This document shows, piece by piece, positions 51,550 through 64,000 of a stretch of DNA of 64,000 bases. The number at the start of each line of letters is the position of its first letter. Position 1 is the first letter of the stretch. The stretch spans positions 109,492,001-109,556,000 of the forward strand of contig NC_043002.1 in NCBI RefSeq assembly GCF_006345805.1, read 5' to 3'. This DNA is from Octopus sinensis (Eukaryota). Made by a program: the position numbers and the translations under genes. Under the pieces are notes generated by a model, which was not told the origin of the DNA, ran no database searches, and saw only the letters and a list, made by a program, of their open reading frames with translations.

Positions 51550-52830
51550 GCAAAGTCATGGAACGAATAGTCCGATGGATATTAATTACATTCCTTGAAG
51601 AGAATGACTTGCTGACCGACACCTAGCATGGTTTTCGATCAGGTAGAAGCTGCCAGGCACAGCTCTTGCAGTTCTGTAACTGGGTGTTAGAGCAGCTGCT
51701 CAATAACTCAAATGTGGACGTGACATATCTCGATCAGGGCATGATATGTCACATGATGCTCAATCTCGGTATAGTCGGAAAACTTGGAGAGTGACCACAC
51801 GACCTTTTAAAAGATAGAAATCAGGTAGTAGAAATAGTAGCCAAAGGGACTACCTCTAAGGAAAAGTAAAAAATTAGTGGTGTCCCACAGGGCTGTGCCT
51901 TAGGGCCACTGCTATTCATAGCGGTCTGCTCAGACATGCCCTTAGCTGCTCAGATAACCACCCTTGTTAGCTATGCAGATGATACAGAACCCTGGAAATG
52001 TGGCACATATGCAACAGGAGCTGGACGCACTATATATGTGGGCTAAGAACAATAATATGCTGTTTAATACTGGAAATTTTTAAGCCCTGCGCTGCCAACA
52101 CATGAAGCTGAAAGAAATGTAGACATGATATGTTGCAGTCCCTGAATCAAAATCAGTGTGCAACCTGGGCATTGACATGAGTAATGATGCATCTTTCCAG
52201 GTGCATATTACTAAGTTGGCAATAAAATGCAGACGGCTAGCCGGATGGATCCTTACAACTTTCAGAAAAAGAGAACTGGAAACCATGATGGCCTTCTAGA
52301 AGACATTTGTCCTCAGCCGTTTAGAGTGATGCTCCCAACTATGTTCACCATAATGTAAAATTAACGAAGCAACTCGAATCAATCCAGAGAAGATAAACAA
52401 AGAAAATCATCTCAAAGCGACACATCAAATACTGGGAGAGAATGAAAAAGTTACGATTCTGCTCCCTAGAACGAAGACGAGAAAGATATGCTGGGATACA
52501 CATCTGGAAAATCCTTGTACGAAACTTTGATATTGAAAGTTACACAAACAGCAGAACTGGGTGCCGCTACGTAGTATCAAAAACCCCTACATTGCTATGA
52601 GAATACTGGACCAGAATGGGTTTCAAGGTCCCACAGACCTTCAATACCCTCCCCCAAATCCTGAGAGAACTACATGAGGTGGATGCAGGCGTCTTCAAGA
52701 CAAAACTGGATCTCCGCTTGTCAAGAGTTCCAGATGAACCCACCGCGCGGCAAGAAACACAGATGAGGGCGGCAATATCAAACTCTCTCATTCACCAAAT
52801 GCCAGGTATGAGAAGAGGTTTCCAGTAGTG
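51550..52830 (+). mobile_element. CR1/L2-group LINE RT and 3' end, degenerate
   Basis: SKVMERIV..HGFRSGRSC..SGVPQGCALGPLLF..SYADDT..FNTLPQILRE..FKTKLD..VPDEP. Confidence 0.85.
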
Positions 52831-53359
52831 AAAGTGTATCAAAGCTGACGGCGATGCTCCAGCATTGTCGCAGCTCTTGAGCTGAAACTAATAAAGGAAA
52901 GTAAAGAAAAATATGACGAGTGATATATGTAGCTATATGTGATTGATATTCAGAAAATTCTATAATATTGGAAATATTGTTGATTACTTAACGAAAAACA
53001 TATTTAGGGAGTAATTCTGTGCAAAAGGTTTCTGACCAAGACTGGGAAAAACCAAATGAAAAGTTAAAACTGAAGAAATAAAATTGCTATAAAACATTCG
53101 TAACACCGTTTCTAAATGTTAGTAGCGAAATAATTGTTTGGCTTGACCATTTTCAATTGACAGAAACTGAAAATAAAATTTTTTCTTCATGAAATAATTC
53201 TGTGGAAATGAGGCGAAATTCATTGACGTTTCAATTGTGTTAATTAAGAAATAAGCGCCGAGAAAATATATGAATTTTTGTATGTTTCTAAATGTCTAAA
53301 ATGATAATTCCACCAAGTTAGAATTCCGTTTTCAAACAGGCACCTTTAATTCACCAATA

Positions 53360-55320
<1,961 letters not shown>

Positions 55321-55959
55321 ATAATCAATGTGTGTTTATCAATCGTTAGATATCTTTAGGGTATATATAAATATATACTTACACAAACCATTCCTGAGTA
55401 TTTCAATATGATTAGACGACGCCTCCTGTATTAAACTACTTCTTTCTCTTCTGTTGCTCTCTCTATTTTTTTCTCTCTCAGTCAGCTGTCTGTCAGTCTG
55501 AGACGCGGTTTCGATCCCAGTCTCTGTCTCAAATAAAATTTGTTTTTTTTTAAATTGTTTTTCCCTTCGAAAAATATTTGTGAAGTTTTTCTGCTTGTTT
55601 TTCTATTTTCTTCTTGTCTTTATTTCATGATTGTCTTAACATTTTCTTAGTTTTTCTTTGTAGTTCTGTTCATCTGTCTGTTTGTATATATTATATGTAT
55701 ATATATTATATGTATATATATACATACATATATATATATGTGTGTGTATGTGTGTGATATGATTAAGTCTTTCTACCCGCGTGTTTGTCTACCTGTCTAC
55801 CTGTCCTCCCCGTGTCTCTGCCTGTCTGTGTGTCTGTGTTAACAAGCAATGGAACTTCCACCAACTCCTGTCAATATTGAAAAACTAGAAAAATAAAATC
55901 TTTTTCTGACGAAGTGAGTTCAACGTAAATTTGGAATGGAGGCTTGTTGTTGTTCTTCT

Positions 55960-56216
55960 TGTTATTAGTAGTAGTGGTGAGGATGACGGTGATGATGATG
56001 ATGATGATGATGATGGTGGTGGTGCTTGTGGTTACCAGTAGTAGATGTGGTACGGTAGTGGTTGTAAAGCCGTTGTCGTTAGTGTAGGCGTTGGTGATGG
56101 TTGAGGGATGGTGATGGTGGTGGTGATAATGGTACCGGTTGTGGTGGAGGTGGTACAGCGGAATGAGGGAAGCGTTGTCGTTGTTCCTACTGATTTATAG
56201 TAGTAGTAGTAGTAGC

Positions 56217-56257
<41 letters not shown>

Positions 56258-56300
56258 CAGTAGTAGTAGTAGCAGCAGTAGTAGTAGTAGTAGCAGTAGC

Positions 56301-56336
<36 letters not shown>

Positions 56337-56875
56337 TGTGAGAGGGTGGGGTGGTGTTAGTGGGGGAGGTGGTGGAGATGAGGACGAAACTTTATTTTGT
56401 GGTTTGAAAAGGAGAGTAAGTCGGGGAGAGTTTGATTGAGATTTTGCGGAAGGATAAAGAAAGGAAGGAAAGAAGGAAGATGGAGAGAGAGAGAGAGAGA
56501 GAGAAGAGGGCAGATTGATAGAGAGAGAGAGGGGGGCAGAGAGAAAGAGAAACGGAGAAAGAAGAGGTGTGGAAGCTAAGAAGGCAAGGTGGAGGTATAG
56601 AAGAGATAGAAGCATAGAAAGAGGTAAGGGGAGAAGAAACAGAGAAAGAGAGAAAGAGAGAGAGAGAGAGAGAGAGGAGGGGAAGGAGAAGGAGAAGGAG
56701 AGAGGGAGAGAGGGAAGGAGAGGAGGAGAGAATTAGAATGAAGGAGTTGCAAGGTATTGATTAAGAATGGTAAAAAAGAATTTGATGGAATGTGAAAATG
56801 GTCGATTATTTTTTTGAAGAAAGGAATGTGTGTGAGAAAGAGAGAGAGTGTGTGTGTGTCTATCTATCTATATAA

Positions 56876-56907
<32 letters not shown>

Positions 56908-57034
56908 TGGTAAGGAGGGAAGAGGAAACGGGAGAGTAAGAGGAGGAGGTTATATAATATGAAAAGAAGGCGTTAACGTGGGAGAGGGAGGAGTTAAAAA
57001 GGAAATAGTAAAAGGCACAGAGCCGCTGTGCAAG

Positions 57035-57067
<33 letters not shown>

Positions 57068-57269
57068 GGTGGTGGTGGTGGTGGTGGTAGTGGTGGTGGT
57101 GGTAGTAGTAGTAGTGATAGTGGTGGTGGCGGCGGCAGTTGTGATGGTAGTTGTTGTTGTAGTTGTGGTGGTGGTAGTGGTTGTTGTTCTGTTGTAGTTT
57201 GGTGGTATCAGTCTCATTGGTGGAGTTGACAGTGGTGACTGCAGCTGACAACGGAAGATGTAACAGGTT

Positions 57270-57304
<35 letters not shown>

Positions 57305-57477
57305 AGAGAGGAGAGAGAGAGAGAGAGGAAAGAGAGAAATACAGAGAGGGGAGAGAGGGAGAAAGAAAGTGAATGAGAGGGAGAGAAAGAGTAAAAGAGA
57401 GAGAGAGATGAGAGAGAGGGAGAGGAGAAAGAAAGAAAGAGGATGAGAGAGAGAAAGAGTAAGAGAGAGAGAGAGTA

Positions 57478-57519
<42 letters not shown>

Positions 57520-57650
57520 CTAATGATAGAGATAGGGACAGTGTGAAGGAGGGGAGGGGAGGAGTGGTGTAAGTGAGGGCGAAAAGTACTGCAAGAATCA
57601 GAAACGAAATATAGAGTAAAAGATAAAAAATAAAAAAAATAAATAAATAA
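55960..57650. repeat. (AGT)n/(GGT)n/(GA)n low-complexity field
   Basis: Direct. Confidence 0.9.
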
Positions 57651-57925
57651 ATGAACCACCCCTCTCACCCTTCCCCCTTCTCTCTTTGAATCGGTGCATT
57701 TTTAATATTCTTAATTCTTCATATCCATCGTTATTTCTTCCATATATACACACTTATCACAGCTCTAGTTAATTCTTAATCTAATCTAGAGCATTCTCTA
57801 TTAGTTTAGGCGAATTAAGATGTTCCCTGTGAACTAAGTCCGTACACACCTACGCACATACACACGCTCACATCCCTCCACGCACACACACACACACACA
57901 CGTTATCTTGATGTACTTGATGTAA

Positions 57926-58158
57926 AGGCGGCTAGCTGGCAGAAACGTTAGCACGCCGGGCGAAATGCGTAGCCGTATTTCGTCTGCCGTTACGTTCTGA
58001 GTTCAAATTCCGCCGAGGTCGACTTTGCCTTTCATCCTTTCGGGGTCGATAAATTAAGTACCAGTTACGCACTGGGGTCGATGTAATCGACTTAATCCGT
58101 TTGTCTGTCCTTGTTTGTCCCCTCTGTGTTTAGCCCCTTGTGGGTAGTAAAGAAATAT
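57926..58158 (+). mobile_element. Meta-like SINE, young monomer
   Basis: Complete head-core-tail; tatcttgatgt occurs on both flanks. Confidence 0.85.
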
Positions 58159-58560
58159 ATCTTGATGTTTGCGTTTATGCCAAGTTAGATATAAAAACAA
58201 TTTAACATTAAACTGAAGAATTACTCAAAACTCTTTAGTAAAAAAAAAAAACATGTTTATTAAACTAGTACAAGAAAGATGACAGTGAATTCGAAGTTTC
58301 AGTCTCCCAGCCATCATCAATCTGATGAAAACTAGCAGACCAAAACATCGAAGTCACTGCTCCTCGACGAAAGGTGGTGCTCCAGCATGGCCATAGTCAG
58401 ATGACTGAAACAAGTAAGAGAGTAAAGAGAGTATATGTATACATGACGAATAGACAGAATTCTAAATTGATACTGGCCATAAAAGCCCGATTTGTACCTG
58501 ACTAACGCTTTATTCTGAAGCATGTATTCATTGAGTTCTAACAACAGGTTATTTAGTATA

Positions 58561-58943
58561 GTGGAGGCGCAATGGCCCAGTGGTTAGGGCAGCGGACTCG
58601 CGGTCATAGGATCGCGGTTTCGATTCCGAGACCGGGCGTTGTGAGTGTTTATTGAGCGAAAACACCTAAAGCTCCACGAGGCTCCGGCAGGGGGTGGTGC
58701 TGATCCCTGCTGTACTCTTTCACCACAACTTTCTCTCACTCTTACTTCCTGTTTCTGTTCTACCAGTATTTCAAGGGGCCGGCCTTGTCACACTCTGTGT
58801 CATGCTGAATATCCCCGAGAACTACGTTAAGGGTGCACGTGTCTGTGGAGTGCTCAGCCACTTACACGTTAATTTCACTAGCAGGCTGTTCCGTTGATCG
58901 GATCAACCGGAACCCTCGTCGTCGTAACCGACGGAGTGCTTCC
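58561..58943 (+). mobile_element. tRNA-derived SINE (Nin/Deu-like)
   Basis: ggcgcaatggcccagtggttaggg head, gtttcgattcc B-box; tatttagtata TSD-like flanks. Confidence 0.85.
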
Positions 58944-58975
58944 ATCCATATTTAGTATAACTATGTCTAAGCAAC

Positions 58976-59008
<33 letters not shown>

Positions 59009-59049
59009 GATAGAGAGAAATGCGTTGGTCGGTTATAGCCTGGTTTGCT

Positions 59050-60060
59050 GTCCTCACCCTCAGTCACATAGATCATTGGTCACAGATACCCTACAGTGAC
59101 TTTATGGTAGTAATTTTCCTTTGTTATAGCACCACATTTCTGATCCTCAAGTTCTTTCTGAACCCTTTTCCTATTCTTGAACCCGGTCCCTTTTTTCCTT
59201 CTCCACCTCATTGAGCCCGTCCTCACCTTTAAGTGCTTCACCTCTCCTGGGAAATTCTATCTGTAGGTTATTGGAATACGCCGACTTTTCTTCCTCACAT
59301 CCCACTCACAACACATTTACTATCTTTTTCAGTCGATTCTTTTGTCTGTGGCTTCTCTGCAACAAGCACCAACTTCGGTTTCAAGTCGATGCATGGGAAT
59401 CCTCCACTCCAACTTGATGTGAATCCTATTTTTCCCCGGCCTTAATCCATCAACCATACAGTTGCAGTTATGTCACGAATCCACACTCTCCGAATCTAGA
59501 TTCCCTTCCTCGCTCACTTTCTACTCTGCCCTTCGCCGCTTCAACATACCCTCCTTCGCATATTCCATTTACTACTGTCCTCCGGGCTTGCAGCCGCTTT
59601 TATCTTTCTCGAGACTCCACTTCGGCTTTTCAGTACAAATCTACGCAACATTTAGACAAATAGTTACCCCGCCCAAAGACCCACTCAACTGTGCCTGATT
59701 TTACTTGTTCCTTCGTCTCTCATACTGCTATTTTATTAGCTCTCAAATCTCAAGTAAATGAGACCGACTACTTTCACTGTATTTTTTTCAGCCTAATACA
59801 CTGCAAATTCTGTTGTACATTAAACAAAAAGTTAGGAGATAGATTTGGCGAATATTTGCCGAAAGTACGTAACAAAGTCAAGTGACTCTTCAAACCCGAC
59901 AATTTAACGCTTTCTGATCATTCCCTTGTCAACTCCCGGTCTGTGGTGTTCTCCTCCAACACTTTGGCTCTAATGAGAACCGCAAACACAAGGAAAAAAC
60001 TCTTCAACCTAGGCTTTTTTCTACTGGGTCTTAATGTATTCCCCAGCTTTCTTTGATTCT
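59050..60060 (+). mobile_element. Penelope-like element remnant with GIY-YIG region
   Basis: HCKFC..KKLGDRFGEYLPKVRN..SNENRKHKEK..NLG resembles PLE GIY-YIG C-terminal motifs (RLGDRF.EHL..VR). Confidence 0.6.
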
Positions 60061-60271
60061 AACTCCCACCTTCAGTTCTCTCTATCTTCAAAAACCATTT
60101 TTGTTGTTATATCAAATGGACATGTTTGCCGTAGGTTGTATACGTGTGTCTATACGCAACTGTATGTATTTGTACTGACTTGTATTTGCAGCATACAATT
60201 TCCTGCGTACACTGCGTGAATGATTGTGCATATATATTACACTGCATATAGTTGGAAAGTAGATTTATTTA

Positions 60272-60672
60272 TTACTAGCAGTATCGCCCGGCGTTGCTCG
60301 GGTTTGTAAGGGAAATAACTATATAAGCATTTTTAGAGATGTAAAGTGTAATAGCCATCTCAATATGGCTAACCACAAAGGGGGGGGGGTTACTGTAGCT
60401 TTTTACGTTCTGAGATTTAATAATAAATTTTTAGAGAGTTACTTCCCTTATATATGCTAAAAATGCATTAAAAATGGGAAAAATTGATGGTAAATTTTTT
60501 TTTTAATCGTAGACTCATCGTAGACACGCGCTAATACCCAGAAGGGCTCGATATGAATCACGACTATAAGATACCCGGTTTTGGTTAAACTGCACCGCAA
60601 AATGTGGGAGTAGTTAGGAATCTAAATCTTAGGAGACAGACAGCACACAACCTCACTTTTATATATAAAGAT
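60272..60672 (+). mobile_element. Non-autonomous Helitron/Helentron-like element
   Basis: tactagcagtatcgcccggcgttgctcggg start, cttttatatataaagat end; internal segment shared with the 22160-22540 repeats. Confidence 0.55.
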
Positions 60673-60912
60673 TTATTATTACAATCTTCACTCTAGTCAA
60701 TATCCATTATCCTTCCTACACTAAATATTGTCCGCTATTCCTTACAATCTTTTAATTTTTCAAGTTTCGCAAACAAAGGCAGGAAAGGCATATACGGACA
60801 TGAGAGAATCTATATCTATTCTGCAAGCATATTATACAGTTATATTCTACCCCTTAAACTAAATTACGACAACATATTCGAGTAAAACTCGGAGAGAAAT
60901 TGCTCGGATCCA

Positions 60913-61352
60913 AATATGTCGCCAAGCTCCAAAAGATGTGTCACCAGGTTCCAATAGATGTGTCACCAGCTTCCAGCAGATGTGTCACCAGGTTCCAGCA
61001 GATATGTCACCAGGTTCCAGCAGATGTGTCACCAGGTTCCAGCAGATGTGTCACCAGGTTCCAGCAGATATGTCACCAGGTTCCAATAGATGTGTCACCA
61101 GGTTCCAGCAGATATGTCACCAGGTTCCAGCAGATGTGTCACCAGGTTCCAGCAGATGTGTCACCAGGTTCCAGCAGATGTGTCACCAGGTTCCAGCAGA
61201 TATGTCACCAGGTTCCAATAGATGTGTCACCAGGTTCCAGCAGATGTGTCACCAGGTTCCAGCAGATGTGTCACCAGGTTCCAGCAGATGTGTCACCAGG
61301 TTCCAGCAGATGTGTCACCAGGTTCCAGCAGATGTGTTTCCAGGTTTCAGCA
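60913..61352. repeat. 22-bp minisatellite, ~20 units
   Basis: gatgtgtcaccaggttccagca from 60935; ..ccaata variant every sixth unit. Confidence 0.97.
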
Positions 61353-61649
61353 AAATGAAAAAAAGTATTAGAAATTGGAATGAAACAATTAAAAGAAAGA
61401 ATACATCACGAAATACAAGTAATGGACACGAAACAAAAAAAAAATAATAAATTGCACAAATCTCGAAGAGAGAACTTACAAATGCAAAACGAATGAATTA
61501 AATAAAAGACGACAAATTCAAAAAAGACGACAGAAAATATCAAAACTCAGACAGCATGGAGAGCAGAATAAGTTAGAAAGTTGAGAAAAGATGAATTAAT
61601 CGTGAATAACGAAATCACACAGCTGAAACTAATATAGTACTATAGCATG

Positions 61650-61873
61650 ATGAATGAAACAGGTACCTGAAAGGCTCGAATAGAAAAATTCTTGCTAAAT
61701 ATCCAAGGATTCATCATATGAAAAGACGTCATCGATTCTTCGAACAAAACAAACAATCCAATTGTAATCCCAAACGATTTTTTCGAGGACTTGGTAAAAA
61801 TAAAATAGGAGGCTAAAAAAAAAGCGAATACAGTATCAAAGGGATTGTCGGAGTCCGTAACAACAGAAGTATA

Positions 61874-61905
<32 letters not shown>

Positions 61906-63330
61906 GAAAACATCAATATACTGTATTGTAATATTCCAATTTTCTCGTTAATATAGTAAAGGGAGAGGCATTAGAAGCCCAACGGAAAGGTGTTTAATAA
62001 AATATTGACAGAATCGGATTCAACATCTGTCTGGTTTACCGAGAGGAAAACTGTCTTAATCTGAAAACTAATGAAATCACAAATCCAAATTACGGACCCA
62101 TAATCTGCCTTCTTGACTTACAAAGCCTTAACTGCAATAACATTAAAGAAACAGCTGGATGATCTCAAGGTTTATGTAACAGATGATAAGCTCGAAAAGA
62201 ACTCTAGTGTAAGCAGTTCATGTATTTCTCAGAGAAATTGGCAAAAAATAACTTGATTTAGAAAGTGTACAAAGACGGCCTTAACCCTTTAGCATTTAAA
62301 CCGGCCCCTACCAGGCTCAAATATTCTACTAGTTTTATGCTCAAACTGGCCAGATCTAACCTCTTACACCTACTCTACAATATCAGTCTAAAGATAAACA
62401 TTCATATTATTGAAATCTCAAAGCTACGAGATAATGCATGATTAATTCAAGACAATGTGAATAAATAAGGATTACATTTGACCGAGTAATCTAGATGGTA
62501 AAGGGTTAAAGAAGACAAGAAACACCAAAATGTTAAATAAAAAAAGCTGAGATGAGGAAATAAACTAAACATGGACAAAAATACTCAGAAATCAACGAAC
62601 TGAGTAGTGTACAGGACACAAATGAACGAAACGATTAGGAAAGGATATTAATGCATAAAATAAATGGAAAAAAGGGAAAAATACTCTAGAGGTTATAGTC
62701 ATAATATTCTCAATTGGATGCTAAACAAATTAACATGACTAGACAAGAAAAATAAAAACCGTATTGAGAATACATCACCTGAAATCTGATATAAAAACAT
62801 TATACAGGGAAGTAAAGACCTTATGCGCGTGGAAAACTATTATAAAATATCCACAATAAGACTACACGAAATATACGGTAAATAATAATGAAAAACTAAG
62901 AGAAAGAACGACGTAAGATGAACAAAATAGGGAGCTGGCGATTAAAAAAACAGGGCCAACAAAAGATATTGTAAAAAGTTAAAATTGATGACATAAATGA
63001 GGCTACGGAATGCCATGATAAAACGATGGCAAGAAAATGTTTTACAAGGTTGATACCTGAGTAGAAGTAGATAAGTTAATTTGTAACAATGGCTGATATG
63101 TGTAAGACTGAAAGCCCAGACAGAATGGTTCTTGATTGCAGCACAGAACTCGCAGAAATAACCAAAAGCATATAAATGAAGCAGACTGCAGTATCAGGAT
63201 GTTTCAGAGTAACTGAGCGACCACTCTCTGGAATATACCATTACACACAGGGCAAAGAAATCAAGGTTTGTAAAGAGAACCTGAATCTGTGGTTGAAAAC
63301 AGAAAGAATCATTATGATATTAGGAATGAT
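61650..63330 (+). mobile_element. Old, highly degenerate R4/Dong LINE
   Basis: Remnants resembling QNKQF..NPKRFF, NYRPITCL, YNILNW..LDKKI, HHLKSDI, W.E..LQG, RLKAQTE.FLIAAQ. Confidence 0.55.
62281..62509. mobile_element. piggyBac-like MITE
   Basis: TTAA-CCCTTT ... AAAGGG-TTAA: terminal inverted ends with TTAA TSD. Confidence 0.75.
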
Positions 63331-63346
63331 TTTTAAAAAAATGTAC

Positions 63347-63509
63347 GCAGGAGTGGCTGTGGGGTAAGTAGCTTGCTTACCAACCACATAGTTCCGGGTT
63401 CAGTCCCATTGCGTGGCACCTTGGGTAAGTGTCTTCTTCTATAGCTTCGTGAGTGGATTTGCTAGACGGAAACTGAAAGAAGCTCGTCGTATATGTGTGT
63501 GTGCGTGTA

Positions 63510-63552
<43 letters not shown>

Positions 63553-63750
63553 TGTGTGTGTGTTTGTCCCCCCAACATCGCTTGACAACCGTTGCTGGTG
63601 TGTTTACGTCCCTGTAACTTAGCGGTTTGGCAAATGAGACCGATAGAATAAGTATTAGGCTACAAAGAATAAGTCCTGGGGTCGATTTGCTCGACTAAAA
63701 GTGGTGCTCCAGCATGGCCGCTATCAAGTGACTGAAACAAGTGAAAGAAA
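63347..63750 (+). mobile_element. CORE-like SINE
   Basis: Family of 4377. Confidence 0.8.
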
Positions 63751-64000
63751 ATAGAAGAAAAAATACTTAGCCTCAACCCCAGAACTAAGAAATTGTTACC
63801 ATACCCAGAAAATAACACCACTGAGGACTGCACCGATATTTCGGAGATTGCTTCCTTGACAATGGAAACAACAAAAGCAAAACAAGCCATTCCTCGTGTC
63901 GAAGGAAGTATTTAACAGTGTACCGAAAGAACGTAATGAAAATAAGATTATTGTGCCAAAATTTGAAACTATTATTATTATTGTTTTGATTCTCGCTGTT

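Noticed and set aside
60900-61447. 152- and 169-aa repetitive ORFs
   Set aside because: Produced by a stop-free 22-bp minisatellite; no coding evidence.

Overview
This is AT-rich, microsatellite-saturated animal genomic DNA. Its repeat families (tRNA-derived SINEs, R4/Dong and CR1 LINEs, Penelope-like elements, Helitron-type and mariner remnants) look like those of an octopod cephalopod; that assignment is by pattern recognition, not a search. The only host gene found is a minus-strand group II PLP-dependent decarboxylase with tyrosine decarboxylase (Tdc) signatures. Coding exon 1 is 36168-36368 and coding exon 2 is 25981-26094 (missed by the ORF track); both have canonical splice sites. No third exon was found by eye, so the next intron is probably >26 kb. 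Nearly everything else is mobile DNA or simple repeats, and almost all other listed ORFs are artefacts of these. Main observations: (1) minimal hammerhead-ribozyme-like motifs, including four copies sharing a non-canonical A6U core and one U3:A8 variant downstream of a repeated CCAAT+CRE module and TATA box; (2) a SINE apparently inserted as a head plus six-unit concatemer with a TSD; (3) a (TAA)n-associated set of several R4/Dong lineages plus candidate non-autonomous partners, all on the + strand; (4) a 93-bp near-perfect palindrome. Repeat boundaries are approximate, and some indels may be long-read assembly errors.
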